A stretch of DNA of 64,000 nucleotides from Camelus ferus (GCF_009834535.1 NC_045727.1:11284001-11348000), one strand, 5' to 3'; shown: positions 13,601-25,662, counted from the first letter of the stretch. The notes: generated from the letters alone by a model not told the origin. Numbers and translations are program-made.

Positions 13601-16600
13601 CTTTCCAGCCATGAGGGTCTGTGAGGCGCTGCGTTAAGCCCTACCCTTGGTTTAGTCTTTACCCGTAGTCCGGGGCTTACTGGCAGTGTTCTGGATTTAA
13701 TCTTGGTTCTCACGCTGTAACTTAATTTAGGACTCTTGCTAGTTGGAGAAGCTAGAGATGAGAAACAGGTTTGTTTTTTCTTTTTTCTTTAACTAACCTA
13801 GAAAGTTCTGGAAGAAGTTATATTTAATTAAATTGTGTTTCCTCTGAGGGTCTTTTTGAGCTTAGGATTGCATTACAGTCAGTTTAGACTACTTAGCTAA
13901 AAGCAGCCAGCTCATGCTTTTGACACTCAGGATCTCTTCCCAGGTCCAGAAGTTCATTAGGTCTGTTTTTTCTCTTCCCCGTTACTGCCCTGCACACAGG
14001 AGCATCATTCTTCCAGCCTCCTCCCCATTCTCTGCCTAGTCTGGGAACCAACACCGTGTATCGCAGGCCCGAGTTAAGGTGGCACCTACTCTGGGTACCA
14101 GTTTTCTCTTGCTGCCTAACGATCACATCTCAGGGGCAGAGAAGGGAAGCCATTACTTAGCTCAAGCCTCTGCGAGTTCTCGAGGGTGGCTGATGAAGGG
14201 TGGGTCCGGCTGGAGGCTCTGCTTATGTGGGTCAGCGGGGCATAGGCTGACTTAGGAATGTCCCAGCTGGGCCATTTCTGCTTCTTCCTGGGACCAGAGG
14301 GCTAGCCCTGCCGCAGGTTTTTACAGTAATGACAGAAGAGCAAGTAGAAAGATCCAGGACTCTGAAGGCTTGGGCTCGAACAGGCAGGACGCCTGGTGAG
14401 AGAGTCATGAGGCAGAGCACGGCGCCACGGGGCAGGTGTGTACATGCCCCCTTAGTGACAGTAATTGCCAAATCCCATAGCAAGAGATACGGATGCAGGG
14501 AGGGGTGGAGAACCGGGACGCCAGTGGCAGTCTGTCGCAATTGTGGTGTCCTGAGTGGTGTACCCTCAGAACCTCGAGTTGCTAAAGTCCCCTCTGGTCC
14601 ATGATGCTGGGAGACGAGAGGGCCAGGAAGAGCACCCCCATCCAACCAAGGGTGTCCCTGGAAGGAGAAAGGAGGTGGGCGCGGGGAGCTCACTGTGGGA
14701 GCCTCAGAGGGGCCAGGGGCCGGGGGCTGGGAACTCAGCCTCCGCTGCCCCTGCTCCCTTCCCCAGCGCTGCAGCGGCTGCGGGGCCCTGCGGACCTGGC
14801 CGGAGAGCTGGCGGAGCTGGAGCAGGAGCGCGCCGCCTGCGGGGGCCGGCGCGCGCGGCGCCCGTGGGAGCTGTTCGGGGACCGCGCGCTGCGGAGGCAG
14901 GTGGCGAGCCTGGTGGTGCTGGGCGGGGCCATGGAGCTGTGCGGGAACGACGCGGTGAGCCCTCCCGGCTCCGGCCGGGGTAGGGGGTGGGGGTGGGGAG
15001 ATAGAGGAGGGGGCAGGGAGTGGGGTGGGGGGGTGTCGGGCTGTGGGCCAAGGGTGGGGGAGCCCGCGCGCAGCCGCCCCTCGCCCGCCCCCGCAGGTGT
15101 ACTCCTACGCGTCGGCGATGTTCGTCCAGGCACGAATCCCCCCGGAGAAGGTCCAGTACGCGGTCATCGGGACCGGGGGCTGCGAGCTGCTGGCGACGCT
15201 GGTCAGCGTGAGTCTGGCTCCGGGCCGACCGCCCCCGACCTCCACCGCCTAGCCCTGCGGCGGACCCTCGGGGTGCTAAGCCACTTCCACTTCAGCTCAC
15301 TCCGTTAAAATGCCGCGAGTTAGTGAGCACGTATTAAGCACCTACTGTTTGCCGGGCACTCACACCACCATCTTGAGATGGGGAAACTGAAGTTGAGTGA
15401 CCGAGGTCCTCTGGAAAATTCATATCTTAATCCCCTGAAGCAGTAAACTGCTCCTGGCCACCCACCCCCACCCCAGCTTCCTCTTGGGGCCCCTCCCCAC
15501 TGCCTGTCCCCGGACCCAGGGACCGTGGCCCGTGCAGGTCAGTCAGGTTGGGCTCCTTTCCTTTGCAGTGTGTGGTCATCGAGAGAGTGGGCCGGCGGGT
15601 GCTGCTGATGGGGGGCTACTGCCTGATGACCTGCTGGGGGAGCGTCTTCACGGCAGCCCTGTGCCTGCAGGTACCTGGGCGGGGATGTGAGCTGGGCGGC
15701 AGTGTGTGCGGCCCCCCATCTCCCCTCAGCGCCCTCCTCTGCCGCAGAGCTCCTTCCCCTGGATGCCCTACCTGGCCATGTCCTGCATCTTCGCCTTCAT
15801 CCTCAGCTTTGGCATCGGCCCCGGTGAGTGGGCCCAAGGGCTCCAGGCTTTGGGCCTTGCGGAAGGCGCAGGCTGTCTGGGCGAAGGCTGGGCGGGTGTG
15901 AATGCACCAGCTTGCGCCCCTGCCCCACTCAACTTTACAGGCTTTGGGGAGAGAACGGGCGCAGGAGGAGCGCCCCCGAGAGGCCCCACTTTCCTGTCTG
16001 GGGCCAGGTGGTGGGAAGGCAGGCCTGGAAGCCCTAGCTGGCAGGCCTCTGTCCCCATCCCCACTCCTCCTTCCAGCCGGAGTGACCGGGATCCTGGCCA
16101 CCGAGCTCTTTGACCAGACGGCCAGGCCTGCTGCCTACATGGTTTGCGGAGTGCTCATGTGGACCATGCTCTTCCTGGTCGGGCTGGGATTCCCCTTCAT
16201 CATGGTAGGTGCCCCCTCCCATCCCCTGGCCCTGTCAGCTTGAGAAAGGGTAGGGTGGTGTGGGGAGGTGGGAGGGGTGGTCCCATGAGGGAGGAAGGGG
16301 AGGGGCTCCATCCAGGGAGTCTGAGACCAGAAGGGATGGGGCTTATCTGAACGGAGAGGGTCAGGTCCCTCATCCGGACCTGCCTGGGGCTGAATGGGCC
16401 GCACCAGGTCTCGGGTCTCTCTGAACCCACAGGAGGGCCTGTCCCACTTCCTCTACGTGCCTTTCCTCTGTGTCTGTGTCTGTGCGGCCGTCTATACTTT
16501 CTTCTTCCTCCCGGAGACCAAAGGCAAGACCTTCCTGGAGATCTCTGAGGAATTGTACAGACTCAACTTCCCCGGGTGGAGCCAGAGCCCCATGTGGAGG

Positions 16601-16633
16601 GGCCCGGAGGTCGTCCAGTCCACAGAGCTCTAG
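1652..16633 (+). CDS. SLC2A11: Facilitated hexose transporter GLUT11, isoform A-type (496 aa)
   Basis: Coding exons with GT-AG ends: 1652-1672 (MRALQGL), 5008-5106, 7590-7750, 10212-10336, 11265-11394, 11917-12065, 14767-14954, 15097-15207, 15569-15670, 15748-15823, 16077-16204, 16433-16633. These total 1491 nt = 496 aa plus stop with all phases consistent. GLUT motifs present: GYNLSIINAP, GRK, PMYLGE, PESPRYL, GRR, PETKG, and C-terminal STEL. Confidence 0.97.
1900..2900. promoter_or_regulatory. SLC2A11 5' CpG island with NRF1 and ETS motifs
   Basis: High CpG density; palindromic GCGCATGCGC (NRF1) at 2384-2393; CGGAAGT (ETS/GABP) at 2514-2520. Confidence 0.7.
2167..2208 (+). other. SLC2A11: Alternative first exon homologous to GLUT11 isoform C, with ACG in place of the ATG
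   Basis: ACG GAG GAT GAA CAG GAG CCG CAG TTA CAG CCT CGG ACC CAG|GTGAC reads (T)EDEQEPQLQPRTQ. It has the same length and phase as the recalled human isoform C N-terminus MEDELEPSLRPRTQ and is in frame with exon 5008. Confidence 0.8.
2900..3230. mobile_element. Old L2 LINE fragment in the CpG-island shore, containing a perfect CRE (TGACGTCA 3141-3148)
   Basis: L2-like wording (tcacctccttcaagtct...ccccttctcag; ttgttcatcgctttatccccagcacctagaac). Boundaries approximate. Confidence 0.55.
4096..4199 (-). mobile_element. tRNA-Ala-derived SINE (Vic-1-like)
   Basis: Minus strand reads GGGGAAGGTATAGCTCAAGTGGTAGAGC...GGTTCAGTCCCCAGTACCTCC plus an A-rich tail. Perfect 16-bp TSD AGAAATAAGATTGTGA at 4080-4095 and 4200-4215. 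Confidence 0.9.
5185..5198 (+). promoter_or_regulatory. Candidate CTCF site in SLC2A11 intron 2
   Basis: CCACTTGGTGGCGC, one mismatch to the CCASYAGRKGGCRS core. Motif match only. Confidence 0.4.
5380..5720. mobile_element. L2 LINE fragment
   Basis: Typical degenerate L2 text (ccatctctcctgcctgga...ggctcctcactggccaccctgcc; tccaaggcctcctggg). Boundaries approximate. Confidence 0.5.
6150..6340. mobile_element. MaLR (MLT1-type) LTR fragment
   Basis: gctctgattggctc...tcacatgccc...ccaatca...attggccaggtctgggtcaggtgacc resembles the MLT1 LTR core. Confidence 0.45.
8720..9200. mobile_element. MaLR (MLT1-type) LTR fragment
   Basis: MLT1-like ends (agtgacagaaaatcaggactcagttggctaaaacaa). Boundaries approximate. 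Confidence 0.35.
14690..15330. other. Intragenic CpG island over SLC2A11 exons 7-8, with a G-run-rich 142-nt intron
   Basis: Near-saturated GC3 codons and CpGs in exons 7-8; intron 14955-15096 has many GGG+ runs. Confidence 0.75.
15320..15420. mobile_element. MIR SINE fragment
   Basis: tattaagcacctactgtttgccgggcac...gatggggaaactgaag is the MIR core. Similar MIR remnants lie near 20340-20520, 22850-23000, 35810-35930, 37600-37700, 51650-51730, 57160-57340 and 61920-62000. Confidence 0.6.
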
Positions 16634-16817
16634 CCCGAGGGTGTGGCTGGGCCCAACCAGCTGCTCCTCTCTCTGGCCTCCACTCACCAGCTCCGGCATC
16701 CCCTTGTTTCCTGAGTGCTCACTGAGCACCTGCTCTGTGCAGGCGGGGTGCTGAGCCCTCGGGGTGACCTAGAGAGATGGGGTCTGGGACTTGTCTAGAG
16801 GCCATTGACAGGAAACC

Positions 16818-16823
16818 AATAAA
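16818..16823 (+). terminator. SLC2A11 polyadenylation signal
   Basis: AATAAA about 185 nt after the stop codon. Confidence 0.7.
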
Positions 16824-17638
16824 CAACATCATGGCCAACTTGGAGATATGCAGTGGAAGAAAATACAGGTTGCAAAGAGTGTATAGACCAGGGGTTGTTG
16901 GAGAGGGGCGTGGTCAGGGAAAGATTTTCCGAGGAATTGATTTTTAAAAATCAACTTGATTGAGGTGTAATTTACATATAATAAAATATATCCAGAGTAA
17001 CCAACCGTACATTTATTTGATGAGTTTGACAGGTGTCCATACCCAGGAGCTATCACCGTAGTCAAGGTAGAACATTCACATTGTCCCTACAGTCCCCTTG
17101 TGCCCCTTTGCAATCAGTATCCCACCCCACCCCAGGCCCCAGGCAACCGTGTGTGGACCTACTTTCTATCACTGTAGGTTCAGAATGTGATATGATTCCA
17201 CACCATATGTGTGCATTTCTGTCTGGCTTTGCTCCTGATAAAGGTTTTGAGAGTCATGCATGTTGCTGCGTGTATTAGCAAATGTTCCTTTATGTGGTTG
17301 AGTAGTATTCTGCCATATGGATATACCATAATTTGTTAACCCATTTCCCTGTTGGTGGACATTTGGGCTGCTTCTGATTGTTGGCCATTATGAATAAAAC
17401 TGCTATGAACATTCCCCTACAAGTTGTGTAGACGTACACTTTCATTTCTTTTGAGTAAATGAATTACTGAGTTTAATAATGAATGGATGTTTAACTTAGA
17501 AGAAACTTTTCCAAAGTGATCATACCTTGGAAAAGTTTTACATTCCCACTAGCAATGGATGAGTGTTCCAGATGCTCTAAATCCCCATCAGCACTCAGCA
17601 CTGTCAGTCTTTTTCATTTGGACATTTTGCTGAGTGTC

Positions 17639-17785
17639 GGAGGAAGGATATAGCTCAGTGGTAGAGCACGTGCTTAGCATGCATAAAGTCCTGGGTTCAA
17701 TCCCTGGTACCTCCATTAAAAAAAAACCTAATTACCTCCCCCCTCCAAACAAAAATAAGACAACACAAACAAACAAAAAAAGTTC
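17639..17785 (+). mobile_element. tRNA-Ala-derived SINE (long-tail form)
   Basis: tRNA-like head with A and B boxes, CCTAATTACCTCCCCC segment and A tail. TSD gacat(t/a)ttgctgagtgt at 17621-17637 and 17786-17802. Confidence 0.9.
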
Positions 17786-17968
17786 GACATATTGCTGAGT
17801 GTGCAGTGGCATCTCCTGCTTTAATTGGGGTATTTCCCTGATGGCTGATAATGTTGAGCATCCTTTCGTGTGGTAATATGACCATCCACATATCTTCTTT
17901 TGTGAAGAATCTGTTCGAAGCTTTTGTCCACTATTTTTTTGAAAAGGTTTTTTTTTAAGAGCAGTTTT

Positions 17969-18225
17969 TTTTGTAGGGGGAGGTAATTAGGTTTAGTTAT
18001 TTATTTATTCTTAGAGAAAGTACTGGGGATTGAATCCAGGACCTCATGCATGCAGGGAGGGCACAGCTCAGTGGTAGAGCACCTGCTTAGCATGCACGAG
18101 GTCTTGGGTTCAGTCCCTAGTCCCTCTACTAAACAAACAAACAAATAAAAGAAAACAAAAACAGGACCTCATGGTAGCATGAGTGCTTAGCATGCACTCT
18201 ACCATTTGAGCAATACCCTCCCCGC
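17969..18225 (-). mobile_element. tRNA-Ala-derived SINE, split by a second SINE
   Basis: Tail half at 17969-18054 and head half at 18162-18225. TSD TAAGAGCAGTTTT at 17956-17968 and 18226-18238. Confidence 0.85.
18055..18161 (+). mobile_element. tRNA-Ala-derived SINE nested in opposite orientation inside another copy
   Basis: GGGAGGGCACAGCTCAGTGGTAGAGC...GGTTCAGTCCC plus an (AAAC)n tail. CAGGACCTCATG is duplicated at 18037-18048 and 18162-18173. Confidence 0.85.
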
Positions 18226-18912
18226 TAAGAGCAGTTTTAATTTCACAGCAAAATTGAGAGGAAAGTACAGAGATTTCCCGTGTGTCCCCTGCCCCCACCC
18301 ATGCATAGCCTCCCCTGTTATCAACAACCCCTACCAGAGTAGGGACATTACAATCCATGACCCTACATTGACATGTCATTATTACCCAAAGTCCATGGTT
18401 TACATCAGGGTTCACTCCTGTTGTTGTATGTTCTGTGGTTTTGGACAAAAGTACAATGACATGTATCCACATTATAGTATCACACTGAGTATTTTCCCTG
18501 CCCTAAAAATCCTCTCTGTTCTCTGGGTCAGCTGTTTCCTGATTCGCCCCCCAACCCCAACCCTTGGGACCACTGAACTTTTTACTGTCCCTACAATTTT
18601 GCTTTCTCTGGAACATCATATAGTTGGAATCATACAGTATGTTCCCTTTTCAGGCTGGCTGCTTTTACTTAGTAATATGCACTTAACATTTCTTCCATGT
18701 GTTTTCATCACTTAATAGTTCATTTCTTTTTACACTGAGTAAAATTCCATTGTCTGGATATACCAAAGTTTATTTATTCACCTACTGAAGGACATCTTGG
18801 TGGTTTTGGCAATTATGAATAAATATGCTATGCGTTTTGTGAGGACATACATTTTCACCTCCTTTGGATAAATACCAAGGAGCATGATTACTGGGTCATA
18901 AGGTAAGAGTGC

Positions 18913-19175
18913 NNNNNNNNNNNNNNNNNNNNNNNNNNNNNNNNNNNNNNNNNNNNNNNNNNNNNNNNNNNNNNNNNNNNNNNNNNNNNNNNNNNNNNNN
19001 NNNNNNNNNNNNNNNNNNNNNNNNNNNNNNNNNNNNNNNNNNNNNNNNNNNNNNNNNNNNNNNNNNNNNNNNNNNNNNNNNNNNNNNNNNNNNNNNNNNN
19101 NNNNNNNNNNNNNNNNNNNNNNNNNNNNNNNNNNNNNNNNNNNNNNNNNNNNNNNNNNNNNNNNNNNNNNNNNNN
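18913..19175. other. Assembly gap (263 N) inside L1
   Basis: Run of N. Confidence 1.
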
Positions 19176-21282
19176 AAAATCTTTGGCCCATTTTAAAAAT
19201 CAAGTTGTCTGTTTTCTTATTGTTGAGTTTTAAGAGTTCTTTGTATATTTTGGATAACAATCTTTGATCAGATTCATATTTTGCAAATTGTTTTCTCCCA
19301 GTCTGTGTCTTGTCTTCTCTTTCTCTTGACTGTGTCTTCCACAGAGCAGACGTTTTTGATTTTAAAGAAGTTCAACTTATCAGTTCTTTCTTTCATGGAT
19401 CTTGCCCTTGGTGTTAAATCTAAAAAGTCATCACCAGATCTATAGCCATCTAGTTTGTCTCCTAGTGTCTACCATTTTTTATTGGGTCATTTGTCTTATT
19501 TTTTTGAGTCATAGGCATTTTTTATACATTCTGGAGGCCAGTACTATGCCGGATATATGTATTTCAAGTGTTTTCTGACAATCTGTATGTTTTATGTTCT
19601 TAACAGTGTCTTGGAAAGAGCAGAAATTTGTAATTTGATAAAGCTCACTTTGTTGTTTTGATTTTTTATGCATTTTGTGTCCTAAGACATCTTTACCTGT
19701 CCCAGCACTGCAAAGATTTCCTTCCAGACATTCCAGAAGCTTTTACATTTATGTGGATGATCAGTTGGTGTTAATTGTGAGTGGTGGGAGATAAGAGTGG
19801 AGTTTTATTTACTTATTTTTAACGGAGGTCCAATTGTCTGGTACCATTTGTCAAAGAGCCCGTCTTTTTCCCATTGAGTTACCTTGACATCTAGGTCAAA
19901 AAAAAATTGACCATTGTTGTAGCATAAAGAACTTGCCTTGCAGGCAGCAGGGAATCCCTGAAGGTTGGGGAGAACCAAACACCCAGAGAGGGACAAGGAC
20001 ACTGGGGGCTGAGCCCCTCCCCGTGGCCCTGGAAGTGGAGTGACATTCCAGGGGCAGACGCCACCTTTGTGTCCACTTGGCCTTATCTGGCTCGTGTTGG
20101 CCCACAGGAAGACTGAGAGCCAAGGGCAGGGTGGACACAGAGAGTAGGAAGGTGGTGCAGCCAGTACCCTGGGGGGTCCCTCGCAGCCTGGCCTTGGCTT
20201 TGGTGGGATCCAGGGAGGGATGGGGGGGATGGGACCTAGTCACCAAAAAGGGGAAGGAAGCATCGTCCCCCACATTGTCCACTGCCCACCATTAGAGTCA
20301 GGCCTGGTAGTCCATTTCCTGCTCCAGGACACTTGGTGACAATGAGGTAAGACTGGATAGCATTTACTGAGCACCAACTATCGGTAGGCACTTTGACTTG
20401 TCCCTAATCTCATTAAATCTTCATGCAAGTCTATGGGAAAGGGATTCCTCTATCTTGAAATTGTGCAGCTGAGGCCCAGACTTTAAGAGACTCAGCCCAG
20501 ATCGCCCTGTCTGAACTGTGTCTCGCCTGGTGAGGGAGAGCTGGCCGTGACTGCTAGCTCTTCACCAAAACTTAGCCCTGCCTTTGCAGCTCGGTGGTCT
20601 CCTGGCAGACACCCCTTTTAAACTCCAGTACTTCGAGTACAGCTGGATGGGTGGGGTTGGGGGGTCACCAGCAGGGTTGATGATCTTCTGCTGTGACTGG
20701 GCATGGGTGAGGAGGGGTTGTCTTTGCTGCAACCTTTACCACGTTCAGTGAACCAGGGACCCGGGACTGGTGGGGAGGGACAGTGGGAGTGCAGGGCCGG
20801 CTGGGTTCTTGCTGGGAGCAATGGACCGTGTGTGACCAGGGAGGGATGCTGAGGGACATGAGGCTGGTGGAGGGGCCGCGGGAGCCGGTGGGAGGGTGGA
20901 CCACCCAGGGACCGATGGCCAGGTCTGGATTGGGAGAGGCAGTAAGAGGCAGCTGTAGCCCTGCATCAGGGGGCCGGCAGCCCACCCGCCACCAGCAGCG
21001 TGGGTGACCCGGGTCCTGCCTGTGGAGATACTCCACCAGGGCGCCCACTGCTAGCTTTCGTGTGGGCTGATTTCTCCTCATCCGGGGGCGTTTCCCTCCA
21101 CCCTGAGGGCTTCTTCCCTGTAACGGAAAGGCAGCTGAAGGGGCCGGCAGAGCCCCAGGCTCCTCCCACCTGCAGCTCCCCCTCCTTTGCCTGTGTTTTT
21201 CCAGCTCAGCGTTGCCTGACAGCTGCTGCACATCTTGGGGTCATGTCCAAGTTCCAGTCGGGGGCAGGAGGAAGGGTTCCAT

Positions 21283-21905
21283 TGTTACAGAAATGACAGG
21301 CCAGCCCAAGAAACAAGCACCACGAAGAGGGTTGGAGTACTCAGATTTACTACACCGGTGGGCTCAGAGGGGCTTCTGCTCTGAAGCTCTGAGCACCTCC
21401 AAGACGTGTGCATGAGGTTTTATAGGGTTAATTACAAGCTTGGGGTTCGGCCAATAGGCATGGAACAGCTTTAGCAGCATCATTATCACAAAAGCAGAGG
21501 CAGGGAGGCCGCAAACCGACATTCCAAGGCCAGATATGTCTCTCTGAAAATCCAGCTGGCTAGCAAAAAAAAACAAAACAAAACAAAACATGAGCAGGGA
21601 ATTAGCAAACCGACACTTATTAACTTAGATTTACGAGTTAGCCCAGCAGAACTCAGATCAGTAATCCGACACCTGTTACATTTACATTTACGAGTAGGCC
21701 CAGCCCGGCTTTTCCTTCACACCATCCGCAAAACAGCTGCTTGCCTATAAACTGCCCCCTCGCCATGGGCCATAGCTGCCTCAGGGGGGCACGCCTGCTT
21801 GCCAGTGGCCCTGGGGCCATGAATGCTCTAAGCAAACAGACCTGGGATTGTGTCCGTGGGGGGATGGGGAGAGGACTTTGGGCCGCCTGGTGCTGCGGTT
21901 CCGCA
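21283..21905 (-). mobile_element. Probable solo ERV LTR
   Basis: Minus strand begins TGCGGAACC and ends TCTGTAACA (TG...CA). TATAAAA (reverse complement of ttttata near 21417-21423), an AGTAAA poly(A)-like signal, an internal ~38-bp direct repeat and retained CpGs. No clean TSD found. Confidence 0.6.
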
Positions 21906-21934
21906 GGTAATTATACAGCCCCTCGTAATGCCAG

Positions 21935-22430
21935 GTGTGTTGCTATTCTATTGCTCCCAGAATAAATTACCACAAATTTAGCAGCTTAAAACAGCACACA
22001 TTTATTATCTCAGTTTCTGTGGGTCACAAACCGAGTGCGAAACCGTCTGTCTTCTGCTTCAGGTCTCACGGCCAAAGTCGGGGCGTCTCCAAGTCAACTT
22101 GGGGGGCACCCACCTCAGAGTTTGTTCAGATTGTTGGCAGAATTCAATTCCTCCGGGCTGTCCAACGGAGGCCCTTTCCTCTCCAAAGCCAGTAGCAGCA
22201 TATCTGAGCCCTCTGCTCCGAGGCTCTCTGACTGCCTCTTCAGCCGCATCTCTGACTTGAGCTGGAGAAAATTCTCTGCTTTTAAGGGGGCATGTGATTA
22301 CGCTGGACCCACCTGGATAATCCATGAGCATCTCCCTACATTAAGGTCTGTAACCCTAATTACATCTGTGAAGTGCCTTTTGCCACGTAACAGAGCATAT
22401 TCACAGGTTCCAGGGATCAGGGCCAGGGCA
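21935..22430 (+). mobile_element. MaLR MLT1-type LTR
   Basis: attaccacaaatttagcagcttaaaacagcacacatttattatctcagtttctgtggg...ggacccacctggataatcca...taattacatctg...acaggttccagggatcagg are MLT1 hallmarks. Confidence 0.8.
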
Positions 22431-24022
22431 TCTTTGGAGGCCCTCTGCCTGCCACCCAGTAATGGGTCAGAAGGTAGGCACACAGCAGTAGCCAAAAAGA
22501 CACAGTCCCCTCCCCACTCCGTGGGGCCCAAAAAGGAAGTAATCGGTCACAAATAGAAGTGTGGTGATGGCCTTGAAGGAGAGGACAGGGGCTGGGCTCA
22601 TGACGGGGCCTGACCAGGCCAGGGGCTCCGGGGCTCACCTAACAACCTGAGCCCAAGGCAGATGAGGGAACGTGCAGGCCAACTGCGTTTCAGGGCCAAC
22701 GCCCGAGCCAGGAGGGGGGACCCCAGCACCAAAGGGCAGCACACAAGATTCAGAGAACCAGGGAGCGTGGTGCAAGATGTGGGGTGGGGACCAGGTCACC
22801 CCGGGCGTCGTGATAGTACTACCTCTAGCATCAGATGGGACTCTCACTAGTAATTAGGCCACTTGGTTCTCACTATACCCCTCTGTAAATTGGATGCTGC
22901 TGTCACCCTCAAATTACAGGTGGGAAAACTGAGGCTCGGAGAGGTTAGCCAAGAATCCAAAGCTAGTAAGAGGGGGCACTGGGAACCTAGCACCTCCTCA
23001 GAAGCCCTTCTAGAAAAATGGCACTGACTGCTGCTAGGAAGGGCTAGGGTAAACAGAGGTTGTCCTGACCAGGGAAGGCTCCCCTGGGCCACAGTAACAA
23101 ACTGAAGACCTCAGCAGCTTGCCACCTATGAGGCATTGCAGGTATTTCTGGCGAGGCTCCACCGTGTCACCCACTTCCACTATTAGAGAAAGGTGAACAA
23201 AGAATCTTCTTCCTGGAGTCACTCGTGTCACTTCTGTTCACATTTCACTGGGTAAAGTGGGTCACATGGCCAGATCTGGTGCCCCAGGACTAGGGAAACA
23301 GACTCTTCCCCCCAGAGCAGACCAGGCCAGGCCAAAGGTGCTGCCAGCTAACTTAGACTAAAGTTGGGGTGGGAGACAGAGAGAAGTAAGAATAAAGGAC
23401 CACGGAGGGAGGCACATTTCACTGGCAGGCGATCAGGGATGGGAGAAAAGTCATGCCCTTGGATTTGGACATAGGGAGAAATGCTGACTTGGCTGCTGGG
23501 TCTTGGAGGAGTGCCCTGAGCTGGAAACATGCGTGGAGTGTTCCAGTGGGAACGGAGCCGTGGGCACAGGAAGACTGTTGGGGTGTAGGAGTGAGGAGGG
23601 AAGTGACCTGGGCCCAGCGTGAGGGACCTCTGCTTACAGAGTACTTGCACAGCCGGGCCATGGGACCTCCTACCTGGGGGCTGGCTGGTCCCACAGGCTC
23701 AGTGACCTTACTCTGTCAAATGGCCATCATCCAGGCCAGCCTGTGCTGTGCCTTATTAACCAGACCGCAGCTGCCAGAGACCAAGGACAGGCCCTTCCTG
23801 GACAGCTCTCAGACTTGGCCAAACCAGCATGTCCCCTCGAGAGAGATCCCATCCCCAGTGCAGCCCCCTAACCAGGGGTCTCCTTAAAGCAGAATCAGGT
23901 GGCCCTTCTGCCCAGGGAGGGCAGGGCCCGCAGACTTACTCCGGGCCCTCAGCATGGCCAGGACCCCAACCCAGCTGCTGCCGCGCCTTCCTCCTGCTGT
24001 GTCTTGGCTAACTTCACTCACC

Positions 24023-24037
24023 CATGCATTCATTCAG
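24023..24037 (+). repeat. Short interrupted CATT array (CATG-CATT-CATT-CAG) upstream of MIF
   Basis: Seen directly. The flanks (ttcactcacc...cagccagta) resemble the recalled context of the human MIF -794 CATT repeat. Confidence 0.6.
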
Positions 24038-24425
24038 CCAGTACTTACTCCATGCCTTGTATGCGCGGCACCTTGGGTTCTCCTTTGATGGAAGAAACAG
24101 AGAATTTACCAGGCCTCAGTGAGAGGGCACCCTCAGAGGACCCGACCAGGGTGGGGCTTCCCTGAGGAGCTGGAGTCTCCCAGGCCTGCAGAGGGGTTGC
24201 CCAAGGAACCAGAGGTTTGGGGTGGGCTCTGAGACGGAGATGGCGACTGCCTTGGGCCCCTGGAGCTCTGTCTGGGGGTCACTTCCTATTCCCTGCCCCT
24301 CTCCTGGGGACCTCCCAGCATCCTCACCCAACCTGAAGAGCAGGGGTGCAGGAGGGGCACCCGGATGGTGACTTGCCTGTGGTAGCCCCTCCCACCTGCA
24401 GCAATGACTACCCCTTTCCATCACT

Positions 24426-24445
24426 CACACACACACACACACACA
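24426..24445 (+). repeat. (CA)10 microsatellite in the MIF upstream region
   Basis: Seen directly. Confidence 0.95.
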
Positions 24446-24689
24446 GGCCCGCGCTCAGGACTGTGGCCCCGGAGACTCATACAATGGCTCAGTGGCCAGG
24501 GGCCATCTGTCCCGCTAACCGCTGTATCCCTGCTCCCGGCACACAGACGTCGCTGAGTAAATATCTGTGACTAAATGAAAGGACTGACAAGTGAGGGACG
24601 AGCCGATTTCTGGCCGCCGCTTGGAGGAGGGCTTTGAGGGGTGCACTCGCAGGAGCACCCCGGGCTGGAGACAGTGCATCAGTGATAAC

Positions 24690-25583
<894 letters not shown>

Positions 25584-25662
25584 GGGCCGCGCCCCAGATC
25601 CCGGTCTCCGCGTGGTTTTCTGCTCACCCCGCCCCCAGCAATCCCACTTCTCAGAAGGGAGA

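Larger units (their letters stand above)
16940..19870 (-). mobile_element. Composite old L1 (L1M-type 3' ends and ORF2 remnants) interrupted by SINEs and an N gap
   Basis: Reverse L1 3'-UTR text (ttgattgaggtgtaatttacatata; gagcagttttaatttcacagcaaaattgag). The minus-strand ORF fragment LSKIYKELLKLNNKKTDNLI...LPYDPVIMLLGIYPKE is the L1 ORF2 C-terminus. Confidence 0.85.

Noticed and set aside
14601-15308. 235-aa ORF as an independent gene
   Set aside because: It is SLC2A11 exon 7 read through into GC-rich introns.
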